From positions 24,491,514 through 24,555,513 of the forward strand of contig NC_068995.1 of NCBI RefSeq assembly GCF_001194135.2: 64,000 nucleotides of DNA, in the 5' to 3' direction. The notes beneath the pieces were generated by a model. The model was not told where the DNA came from. It did no database searches and was given only the letters and a program-made list of their open reading frames with translations. The stretch is from Octopus bimaculoides. Lineage: Eukaryota. Shown here piece after piece: positions 24,412 to 34,639 of the stretch (within the stretch, counting starts at the first letter, position 1; each line of letters begins with the position of its first letter). The position numbers and the translations under genes are program-made.

Positions 24412-24412
<1 letters not shown>
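24081..24412 (+). mobile_element. Penelope-like terminal-repeat fragment with 5' fold-back (96-bp-arm palindrome), in (TA)n
   Basis: 24081-24176 is the reverse complement (~88-90 percent by eye) of 24181-24273. 24181-24412 is homologous to the reverse complement of 31075-31300. Confidence 0.7.
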
Positions 24413-24444
<32 letters not shown>

Positions 24445-24753
24445 GCCCTTATGAAGTCCCTTAATTTGTTAGAAGTAGCAGAAAAATCCTCTTAATCTTT
24501 ACTATTTTGCAAAAAAAAAAAGCAGATTGTTATCTTTATACACTGTAATGTATAGATAAAATGATGTGGTCAAGGTGGGAACATCTTTGATCATAAGTTT
24601 ACTCAATCAGGCCAACCTAGAGCTACACAACAATAATGTATGTATGTATGTATGTATGTATGTGTGGGTGTGCCTGCATGTGTGTCTAACAATAGTAATT
24701 CAGCCATGTTATTGAGTATTTGCACTAATTGGATAAAATCAATTACCTTCCAG

Positions 24754-24887
24754 AATATTCTCAAGTTCAATTTACGAAAAAGTTGCCATTGTTCATGCTT
24801 CGTACATTCATGCCTGCATTTTAGCTGAGGATATAATGAAAATACCTTTGGGTTGTTATATTTTGTATCCTAAAGCCTTCCAAGAGA
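24754..24887 (+). CDS. TERB2: TERB2 coding exon 3
   Basis: ccttccag|(K)IFSSSIYEKVAIVHASYIHACILAEDIMKIPLGCYILYPKAFQE-A|GTAAGT, phase 2 to 1. Matches recalled human IYQSLDYIEDNATVFHAYYLSAVANAKIKNSVALGHFILPPACLQKE. Confidence 0.92.
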
Positions 24888-24934
24888 GTAAGTATCTATT
24901 TATAGTTATATATTGTCTGATATATCCTGTCTAT

Positions 24935-25095
24935 AGGTGCAGGAGTGGCTGTGTGGTAAGAAGCTTGCTTCCCAACCACATGGTTCCAGGTTCAGTCTCA
25001 CTGCATGACACCCTGGATAAGTGCCTTCTGCTGTAGCCTCTGGTCAATCAAAGCCTTGTGAGTGAATTTGGTAAATGGAAAATGATAGAAATCTG

Positions 25096-25126
<31 letters not shown>

Positions 25127-25292
25127 GTTTGTTTACATCTCCGTAACCTAGCGGTTTAGCAAAAAAGATCAACAGAATAAGTGCCAGACTGAAAAAAAGT
25201 ACTGGGGTTGATTCATTCAACTAAAAACTCTTCAAGGCAGTTCCCCAGCATGACCACAATCTAATGGCTGAATTAAGTAAAAGGTAAAAGGT
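24935..25292 (+). mobile_element. SINE family A (full length)
   Basis: Family A head, body and tail. Confidence 0.85.
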
Positions 25293-25621
25293 ATGAATGA
25301 ATATTACCTTGCTGAAGGTACAGAGAGAGTAGCCAGCTGTAAAGAATCTGCTTCAACAGAATTCCATCTGATCCATGCAAGTGAAAGGGAACATTAAAAG
25401 GATGGTAGGAGGAGGAGGAAGAAGAAGAAGTCTATATTTTGGCACTCTACTAAATACATTGAAGTCATAAGCTAGATCAATGAGAATTTGTCTGAGTTTC
25501 TCAAAGATAAAATTCACGAACAGAACTAATAATGAATTTCTGCATAATTCCCTTGACTTTTTAAATAGGCAGCAGTAAGTGGTGAGGACATTTACATAAT
25601 CCCATTATTTTAACAAGTATT

Positions 25622-26335
25622 TTGACAGCAGGTGTGGGAGACTGGGTCTTCTCTAGCATTATGTATCCCTATTCAACACAATCCTCTGTCATTTCCTTCA
25701 TCAGATCTACTTTTTTGAGATCATATTTCACCACTTTGTCCCATGTCTTTCGTCTTCCTCTTGGAGTGCTTGGCACTTGCTTATACAGCTGTCATTCTCT
25801 TTTCACATCATGTGCTCATATCAGCTCAGTCATCATACAGTCTTGCACACTAATTCTGATTCCTCTTATACTCAGTTTGTCTCTCAGTTCTGCTGTTCAT
25901 GTTCACTAACATGGTACAGCCAGCAAAGCTTCACATATCTTCTACACTCAAGGCCTGTATCCCATTGCCATGCAGTTGCACATAAACATCATGCAATCTA
26001 CTCTTGACTTTGAGTAAGAAACCTTTTGTTGCTAGTAGAGATAACAGATTCCAGGATTTTATCCAACCTGTTCTTATTCTGGTTACCACATTTTTGCAAT
26101 ACTACCCCTCCACTGCTAATTGCATTACCTAGGTATCTATCAAGTGCTTCTAGAGAACTATCTGGACATTTGAAGGAATCTATTACCTGAGTGCTCATAG
26201 TGCTTATTACCTTGGTGCAACTGCTGCATACAATGTCTGCCTTCTTTGATAGCTTGCCTATGATCTCACTACACCTATTATGTCACCAATATTTACACTG
26301 GGTTCACCTTATACAATTTCTACTGACTTCTTTCG
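25622..26335 (-). mobile_element. RTE-clade LINE 3' fragment, degraded
   Basis: Reverse complement resembles 36000-36800 (IDSFKCPDSSLEALDRYLGNAISSGGV...). Confidence 0.7.
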
Positions 26336-26959
26336 TATAAATGAAGCACAATCATATCCTAGATACTATAAGCATTCTCTCTTCCTCCCAACTTACTGAA
26401 ATTTCTGCTTCAGTTTCTCTATAGGTTTTGTTTGTAGACAGCTAAACCATAGGTGTACAGGAGTTCCCTGTGGAAGCTGGGCTTTAATTCTTAATTCATA
26501 TTTGTTATTGTTTGGAAGGCTATGATAAACAGGATAGGGTTGACAACTGCGTTGTGGTGTACCCTNNNNNNNNNNNNNNNNNNNNNNNNNNNNNNNNNNN
26601 NNNNNNNNNNNNNNNNNNNNNNNNNNNNNNNNNNNNNNNNNNNNNNNNNNNNNNNNNNNNNNNNNNNNNNNNNNNNNNNNNNNNNNNNNNNNNNNNNNNN
26701 NNNNNNNNNNNNNNNNNNNNNNNNNNNNNNNNNNNNNNNNNNNNNNNNNNNNNNNNNNNNNNNNNNNNNNNNNNNNNNNNNNNNNNNNNNNNNNNNNNNN
26801 NNNNNNNNNNNNNNNNNNNNNNNNNNNNNNNNNNNNNNNNNNNNNNNNNNNNNNNNNNNNTTTATCCCTTCGTCTGTCTTTGTTTGTCCCCTCTGTTTAG
26901 CCCCTTGTGAGCAATAAAGAAATAAGAAAGTAAATAGACACCTTTAATTTTCAAAATCT

Positions 26960-28370
26960 TTTATTTAATATGCAAAGTGAACAATTGAAATGTAATTGAT
27001 AGGTAGGACTACAAACTTTAGTATTTAGTTGACATTCCCTTTGTAGTTTTTAATTCAGAAACTCTTTTTGGAATTGAACTGATGAGCTTTGTGATTGTCT
27101 CTTGTGGAATTTCTGCCCACTTTTCACACAACAATCGAAACAATCCATCTTTAGATTTAGGTTTCTGTCAAGTTTTATTGTATAGCTCTATCTGGTATGC
27201 TCCAAAGATTTTCAATTGGGTTCACGTCAGGAGATTGGCTCGGCTAAGGAAGCTTTTTGATCCGATTTTCAGTCAGCCATTGTTGATTCCTTTTCGCTCT
27301 GTGGCATGGATCCCTATCTTCCATGAATAAAAACTAATTTTTCATTATGTTATCATGTGAATACATCGTAAGTAGTCCTTGCTTAAGTATTTCGATGTAT
27401 TTTCAGAGTTTATGGTTCCAACACATTCGATCAGCTCAGAACGACCATTGCTGGTGACAGCTCCTCATTCTGTTACATTTCACAGTTGGTTGGAGTCGTT
27501 TCAAATCAAATTTTTGATTGGGAAGCCTCCAGATCCAAACACATCCACTGTCTGAAAATGATGCAAATCTGGATTCATCTGAGAAAGTCACTCTATCCCA
27601 AAATGAACTGGATATTTCTGACATCTCATTAGCCCATTTCTTTCTTTTTATGATATTAATTGGTTGAAGGAGAGGTTTTCTTCTAGTTGGTCGTCCATAA
27701 TATCCAAGCTTATGCAGATATGTAACACATGTTCTTGGACTAAATTCTAGCTGTTTTGTAATGTCAAAAACCTTCGAACGGGGTTCATTTTCCACAATTC
27801 TCTTCAAACAGCGAAGCTTCTTTTCTGAGGGCCCAGGTTGGCTGGGACGAGAATCTGTTGATTCTTTTTCCTTGGCTTTTGAATTGCACTACAATTCTAT
27901 TAACAGTAGNNNNNNNNNNNNNNNNNNNNNNNNNNNNNNNNNNNNNNNNNNNNNNNNNNNNNNNNNNNNNNNNNNNNNNNNNNNNNNNNNNNNNNNNNNN
28001 NNNNNNNNNNNNNNNNNNNNNNNNNNNNNNNNNNNNNNNNNNNNNNNNNNNNNNNNNNNNNNNNNNNNNNNNNNNNNNNNNNNNNNNNNNNNNNNNNNNN
28101 NNNNNNNNNNNNNNNNNNNNNNNNNNNNNNNNNNNNNNNNNNNNNNNNNNNNNNNNNNNNNNNNNNNNNNNNNNNNNNNNNNNNNNNNNNNNNNNNNNNN
28201 NNNNNNNNNNNNNNNNNNNNNNNNNNNNNNNNNNNNNNNNNNNNNNNNNNNNNNNNNNNNNNNNNNNNNNNACACTATATATTCATTCTTCATTTCAAGG
28301 CTTTGTGACAATAGATTTCAGACAAAGGACACTAAAATAATAAAAATAATAAAACTGAAGTGAAGAATTT
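26960..28370 (-). mobile_element. Tc1-family transposon fossil (DD34E), gapped
   Basis: ORF 27436-27807 ...RRKPLL...RKKWA...[13 protein letters not shown]...LQPTVK; downstream FMEDRDPCH...P*PSQSPDVNPIENLW. Confidence 0.88.
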
Positions 28371-28371
28371 A

Positions 28372-30361
28372 TACCGTATATACTCATGTAAAAGGCGAAT
28401 TTGTTTAGATCATTTTTTAATGTCAAATTTATGGGGTTGCCTACAAATGGATACTACTCTTGAGGGGCTGAAATTCAAGCTAGAATCCTAAGTACCGTAT
28501 CAGTGGCAGAAGCCCAACTGATCTCTAAGCAAATAAAAACAAAATCACAATGAATTATAGTAATATTACCAATTCTATGCATCAAAACACATGTCCTAGT
28601 AAAATATAAAGGTTGCATGGGAACCACTGATCTAGCGATTACCATAAAATCCCATGTAATTTGTGCACCTGTGTAATTTATGCAGGTGATTTTCAGGATA
28701 AAATTTGTTCTACTCGTGTAAAATTTGCACCCAAAAGTTTTCAGAATTGCCGATATAGAAAGATTTTCAATTTAGTTGTATGTAGCATAATTTCACTTAC
28801 TTATGATTAGATTTTATTAAATTTTCATTTAATAAAAATAAATACTGTTTAACAGGTATCACATTGAAAGCTATTAAATTATAAAGTTGTTTATAATAAA
28901 CTTTGTTTTACATTTCTTGCCCACAAGAGATTATGTCTGATCTTTAGCATACAGCTGTATGTTTTCTCAAACCATGATCACAGGAAAAGCTATTGATAAG
29001 AATTAACAACAAAAACAAAGCTGATAAATACGTGCAGGTGTTGCAAATTAAGTCTAATTACCAATAAACATCAGCTTGGATGACACTTTACTCAACCAAC
29101 AGAGGAAGGTGACCAATCAAACTGATTATGTAAACAGGATTCTTTTCTGCCTATTCTTGTCAGAACCTTTGATACAGAGTATCGAAATTTTAATCCCTTT
29201 CACACTTATAAAATGTCAAGCAAACTTAATTTGTCATTACCATTATTGTCAGTATGGGCAGAACTTATGAATTGTTTATTGTGAAGGAGAAATTAAATAT
29301 GTTGAATATGCAATTGAATGTGGCAATAAAGCTGCCAGAAGGCATTTTAATGTTAATGAAGCCAATGTTCGAAATTTGCATAAACAGTATGACAAACTTA
29401 AAACTGTGCCTAGTAAGAAACAGACAAAAATAAAAACATACAATCAAGATTATCCATATCATTACATTTTTTAAAGTCAGGAATATCCATAACACTACGT
29501 ATGTCAGTGGTGCTCCACTGTGATAGGTAGAAACGCCAAGCAATGTAAAACATGACCTGGACCATGTTTACCAGCATGAATGTCAGACTTCAAAAAGTAG
29601 TTAACCATTTAATGGTTCTAGCAAATTTATACAGAAAAAGTAAGCATTATACCGTCCAGCATAAATAAAAATCAACTTCATTATATTTTCTGTAAAAACC
29701 TATTCTGACATCAAATGAGTCAATTTCTGGTATGAGCGTTTATGTTTTATACATCTTTTTTCAACAAAACAAATTTCAAAAGAAATTCTGGAAACAATCT
29801 ACTCATATAATTTATGCAGCCCCTAAAGTTTATTTTTAATTTTGCCAAAAACAAGTGCATAAATTACATGGGTAATTGAATGTTTTTAGGCTTACCTAAG
29901 TCATGCTTTTGTATGAATTCAGACAGTGGCATTTGCCAGTGTTCACCAACAGTTCTGTCTCTGAAACTTGTTTCTCACTATGTAAACAACGAGTATGTGA
30001 TACATGTGTTTATTGTCCCTGCAGATGTATGCAGGCTTGCAGCATATCCTGTGCATACATTTTAGATGTGTAGTGCTCACTATTAAATGGTGTTTTACTA
30101 TAAGCACCGAGTATTCCATTGTAAGCACCAAACATTCCACCTATAGAGCAGGCTACAGTTAAGGTAGCCGTACAATTTTGTAACAGTGTTATTTCTATGT
30201 ACAAGATGATACAGTACCTTGACCCACAAATATTGTCCTGTTGTTCATGAAATACTAGCGTTAGCTTTTATATGGGATCTATAGAAAATTCCTAAATTTT
30301 TGGCCAAAAATAGGGGGTCAACTTTTACATAAGATTGACTATTACTCACGTATATATGATA
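28372..30361. mobile_element. Nested pogo/Tigger-type elements with an inserted hAT MITE
   Basis: Outer TIRs TACCGTATATACTC.. (28372) and ..CTCACGTATATATGATA (30361). Inner TIRs ..CCCATGTAATTTGTGCAC (28640) and GTGCATAAATTACATGGG (29880). MITE CAGTGG..CCACTG at 28501-28629. HTH AIECGNKAARRHFNVNEANVRNLHKQ at ~29310-29390. Confidence 0.65.
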
Positions 30362-30441
30362 ATGCGTGTTTGTGTTTATTTGGAAAAAAAAACAAAATGA
30401 CCATCCCGAAATATAACAGTATATATATATGTATCAAAATT

Positions 30442-30481
<40 letters not shown>

Positions 30482-31032
30482 TTACAATACCATTATGTTA
30501 TTTTACTATGCTGGCCACTGATAAATCATTAAATAATGACTTTATCCTAATTATGTATTAAAATATATATCAATTCACTCCTATAACATATCTACTGCAG
30601 AACTATTGTGGTTGAAATAGATGCTTGGATTTTAAATTCATGAATACATGCAAAATGCACGTATATTACTTGTGCTTATGGCAGTATGTATATGTATTAC
30701 TCATTTATTTGCATTTGGTCTGTGCTACTGGGGAACAGAAAAGATTTTTAATAACTCAAACCGCGAAATCTATAGATATGGTACTATCCAAATTATTTTA
30801 TAAATCCTCGCTGTCTGTTTTCCTTGCTTACAATCTTGCATTAATGGAGTAATAATCTAAGTGGTTTCTAGACCATTTGGGGTCTACTTCTAACAGATTG
30901 GCATTGGAATTTTATTCAATGCCCTTGATGTAATTTTAATATTAATTAACCATTATGGTATTTTAGTATGCTGGCCACTGATAAATCATTAAATAATGAT
31001 TTTATCCTATTTATATATATATATATGTGTGC

Positions 31033-31068
<36 letters not shown>

Positions 31069-31071
<3 letters not shown>

Positions 31072-31702
31072 GTAGGTATCAGTTAGAGGAGTTTAATATT
31101 TCTAAGGGATAATAAGATCCAAAGTCACTCCTGGTTATTACCTGGGTAGGTACAGTCTTTTGTAAAGTTGTACAGTAGCAGGTGGCTCGGCTGGTAGACC
31201 GTAGTTTAGGTTATATACAAAAAGAAAATGGATGTAATAATAGGGGAAGACTCGTTTTTGCTGGTATACCTTTAATTTAATTAGATAACAAAGAAGAAAG
31301 AAGCAATGATAAAGGTAGCATTTACGATTGTTTCAATTTACTAGTTTTAGAAAATCTCTTCAGAATGTGTATAACAGATTGATATGTCAGTTAGGAGACA
31401 AAAATGATTGATACATATGTGATGGTAATAGAGGCAAAGTTAGTAAGTCTTACATTAAATTTTGTTCTTGAGCTGGTGATTTTGCTGGTGAGAGGTTTCA
31501 TTGTAGTAGGTTGGTTAGTTTCATTGGGAAATGAGAGCAGGGTGAATATTATTTAGGTGTGGGGTTCCAAGTTTGACTAATTCATATTTTTCACACGTGT
31601 GTATTAAATTGGTTTTATTTCAGTGTGTTTTAGTCACTGGCAGTGTAAGTGAAGGGGGGTAACTCTAACTTAAGGTGAAAAGGGAGCTAACTCATACCAG
31701 TT
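31069..31702 (-). mobile_element. Non-coding Penelope-like terminal-repeat / retrozyme-like element (~630 bp) flanked by (TA)n
   Basis: (TA)n on both sides, contains a hammerhead core, and its 3' part is homologous to 24181-24412 and 23305-23405. Confidence 0.65.
31319..31368 (-). ncRNA. Type I hammerhead ribozyme (minimal stem III), slightly degenerate
   Basis: Minus strand: aCAUU-CUGAAGA-GAUUU-(12-nt loop)-AAAUU-GAAA-C-AAUC-G-UA-AAUGc. Stem I CAUU/AAUG, stem II 5 bp, cleavage triplet GUA. Confidence 0.65.
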
Positions 31703-31958
31703 TATATATATATATATATATATATNNNNNNNNNNNNNNNNNNNNNNNNNNNNNNNNNNNNNNNNNNNNNNNNNNNNNNNNNNNNNNNNNNNNNNNNNNN
31801 NNNNNNNNNNNNNNNNNNNNNNNNNNNNNNNNNNNNNNNNNNNNNNNNNNNNNNNNNNNNNNNNNNNNNNNNNNNNNNNNNNNNNNNNNNNNNNNNNNNN
31901 NNNNNNNNNNNNNNNNNNNNNNNNNNNNNNNNNNNNNNNNNNNNNNNNNNNNNNNNNN

Positions 31959-32006
<48 letters not shown>

Positions 32007-32116
32007 TTATTTATTACTTGAGCAAATCAGGGAGACTGTTAACGCTATATCCTGATAAGTTATTGCTATTTGTGGTGATTTAGATAAATAGTCCTCTTAA
32101 ATAATAAGGATGCATT

Positions 32117-32163
32117 TCCTCTGCTGAGAGGACAATCATCCCTGAAACAGATCTGTGAGAGGA
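32117..32163 (+). ncRNA. Degenerate hammerhead ribozyme remnant
   Basis: TCCTCT-gCTGAGAG-GACAATCATCCCT-GAAAC-AGATCT-GTG-AGAGGA. 6-bp stem I and perfect palindrome ACAGATCTGT at stem III, but N7 is missing and the triplet is GUG. Confidence 0.4.
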
Positions 32164-32514
32164 TTCTCAATTATTTCTCTGTTTACGTAAGAGAGCACTA
32201 GGTTACTTTCACATTGTCTGCCTCCATCACAGTTAAGGACTTAAGATTTATCTACATTATACATGTGTCAAGTATTAAACAGAGTTTTATTTTATGAATC
32301 ACAGGTGTTCTGGATCTCATCTCAATCATCACATCATTGTTGTAAAGACATCTTCCAACATGAGCATCATCATTTTAGACTGTAACCTTCCATTCATCTC
32401 TGTTCTATATGCTTTCTGCCAGCTTTGTTAATGTGCTTAGCTGCTTTTAATTATACTGTATGCCTGGCTTGTTTACTCATTTAAATCTATGCTATTATTA
32501 TTCCTGTTCTTTAA

Positions 32515-32710
32515 GGCAGCAAGCTGGCAGAATTGTTAGCAAGCCAAGCAAAATGCTTAGCAGCATTTTGCCTTGTTTGCATGTTCTGAGTCCAAATTCC
32601 ACCAAGGTTGGACTTTGCTTTTCATCTTTTCAGGGTCAATAAAATAAGTACCAGTTGAGCACTAGGGTCAATGTAGCTGATTTAGCCCCTTCCCTGAAAT
32701 TGAGGCCATT
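32515..32710 (+). mobile_element. SINE family B
   Basis: Family B consensus motifs. Confidence 0.8.
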
Positions 32711-32759
32711 ATTAGTTCCTGCACCTGCATGACTCTAGTATGTTTATCATGATAGTTAG

Positions 32760-33370
32760 GAATACTGATCTATGATTTATTTAACTCTTGGAAAAGATTT
32801 TAATTCAACAATACAAGCTACTAAAACCTCATCTGTTCCCAATACTACATACGTTTTTTATTTACTATTTAGTCAAGGGAGAAGAATAATGGTATCTATA
32901 ACCTTTCCAATACCCTCCTACCATAATCAGGTTACAAGTGGAACTCATTCCAGAAGGTTGTATTTATTGAAAGAATGATTGGGAGAAGTGTTTGTGTGAA
33001 GTTTAGTAGTTGAGCCACAGATTTAACATGAGAAGGGGATGATGTATTGGTTGAGCAAGCATGGAGGTAATTTATAGCTTGCTAGTTCAAAGAATAAGCA
33101 GACCAACCATTGCAGTAATTTTAGAAGAAACCATGTATCTGTTATAGTTAGTATGAGCAGATCTTTTTGTACTCCACCTATTGTATGCAGTTACATTTAA
33201 TTGGACTTGGTGAACTTTTACTGGGAGGTCAGTGTGTTTTGTCAAAGACAGAATTTAGTGATTGAGACATTTAAAACAATGACCTTTGGACAAGGAACAT
33301 GACATTGTGTAAAAGGATAATTGGAAGAGTATCTAAATAATACACTATAGTCATATCAGTTGGAATCAGT
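32760..33370 (-). mobile_element. Highly degraded retroelement remnant, possibly Penelope-like (weak similarity to 47340-48500)
   Basis: Weak shared blocks (gaataa..a..caacca.tg..a.aaatt). No clean ORF. Confidence 0.25.
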
Positions 33371-33837
33371 ATTGTGTTGAGAAATATTTGTAGCTTTCAT
33401 TCTGAATCATTAATCTCTCTCTTTTCCTCTTTCTGTCCGTCTCTCTGCCTCTCCCCTCTTCTCTCTCCCTCTCCCTCATCCCCTCCCNNNNNNNNNNNNN
33501 NNNNNNNNNNNNNNNNNNNNNNNNNNNNNNNNNNNNNNNNNNNNNNNNNNNNNNNNNNNNNNNNNNNNNNNNNNNNNNNNNNNNNNNNNNNNNNNNNNNN
33601 NNNNNNNNNNNNNNNNNNNNNNNNNNNNNNNNNNNNNNNNNNNNNNNNNNNNNNNNNNNNNNNNNNNNNNNNNNNNNNNNNNNNNNNNNNNNNNNNNNNN
33701 NNNNNNNNNNNNNNNNNNNNNNNNNNNNNNNNNNNNNNNNNNNNNNNNNNNNNNNNNNNNNNNNNNNNNNNNNNNNNNNNNNNNNNNNNNNNNNNNNNNN
33801 NNNNNNNNNNNNNNNNNNNNNNNNNNNNNNNNNNNNN

Positions 33838-33971
33838 ATAATGGTTATTGTCAAAATAAGATGAATTCAATCCATGAAGAACGAGGAGGAGGAGATGACA
33901 AAAATTACACTGATGATGATGAAGAAGTTGAAGAGAACAATCAGCCCATAAATATGAAGAGTCAAAGCAAG
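33838..33971 (+). CDS. TERB2: TERB2 internal exon, 3' part (5' end lost in N-gap 33487-33837)
   Basis: Open frame NGYCQNKMNSIHEERGGGDDKNYTDDDEEVEENNQPINMKSQSK|GTACAA ends in phase 0, compatible with the phase-0 start of the exon at 41767. No sequence homology recognised. Confidence 0.6.
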
Positions 33972-33988
33972 GTACAATATTCCTTTAA

Positions 33989-34208
33989 CCCTTTAGCGTT
34001 CAGATTATTCAGTTAAATCTAATGCTTATTTATTCACATTGTCTTCGATTAATCATGGATTATCTTGTAGCCTCAAGAGTTTGATGGTGTGGATGTTTAT
34101 TTTTAGAATGACATTATAGGGAAGGTGTGAAAGGCCAGGTTTGGCCAGTTTGAGCATAAAACAGGTAGAATATTTTGGCTGGATATGGCCAGTTTAAATG
34201 CTAAAGGA
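33989..34208. mobile_element. piggyBac-type MITE with TTAA TSDs
   Basis: TTAA|CCCTTTAGCGTT...AATGCTAAAGGA|TTAA. Inverted related copy at 55089-55294. Confidence 0.8.
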
Positions 34209-34639
34209 TTAATTATAAAATTTTATGAATTAATCCATTTGAAACTTTTTCATTTCACTTTCACTTTAAGTGTCTGTGGAGGAACATAAGTTCACAACTT
34301 CCTTGTTCTTAGAAAATCTTCAGCTTTATAAACTCTCCTACTATCATTCCACTTTCTCGGGAATACAAATTAACACTAGTTAGTTTGACTAGGATTTTAT
34401 TTTATCAACTTCCAACAAGACAAAAGACAAAGTTAACCAGAGTGGGATTTGAATTCTTTTTGTTAGAAGTGTAATGGAACATTGAAAATTGTTTTGTCGA
34501 GTGCTCTAACAAGTCTGCCTGTCCACATGAATGTTGTACAAGCATCAGGAGTACATATTCTAAGATTGGATTGCTCATATAGTCTCTTCTCAGATGTGAT
34601 TTACTCATTTTACCCAATTCAAAAATATCATCTCAATTA

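Noticed and set aside
25569-25574. Possible 6-nt microexon tag|GCAGCA|gtaagt
   Set aside because: Such short matches arise by chance, and there is no homology support.
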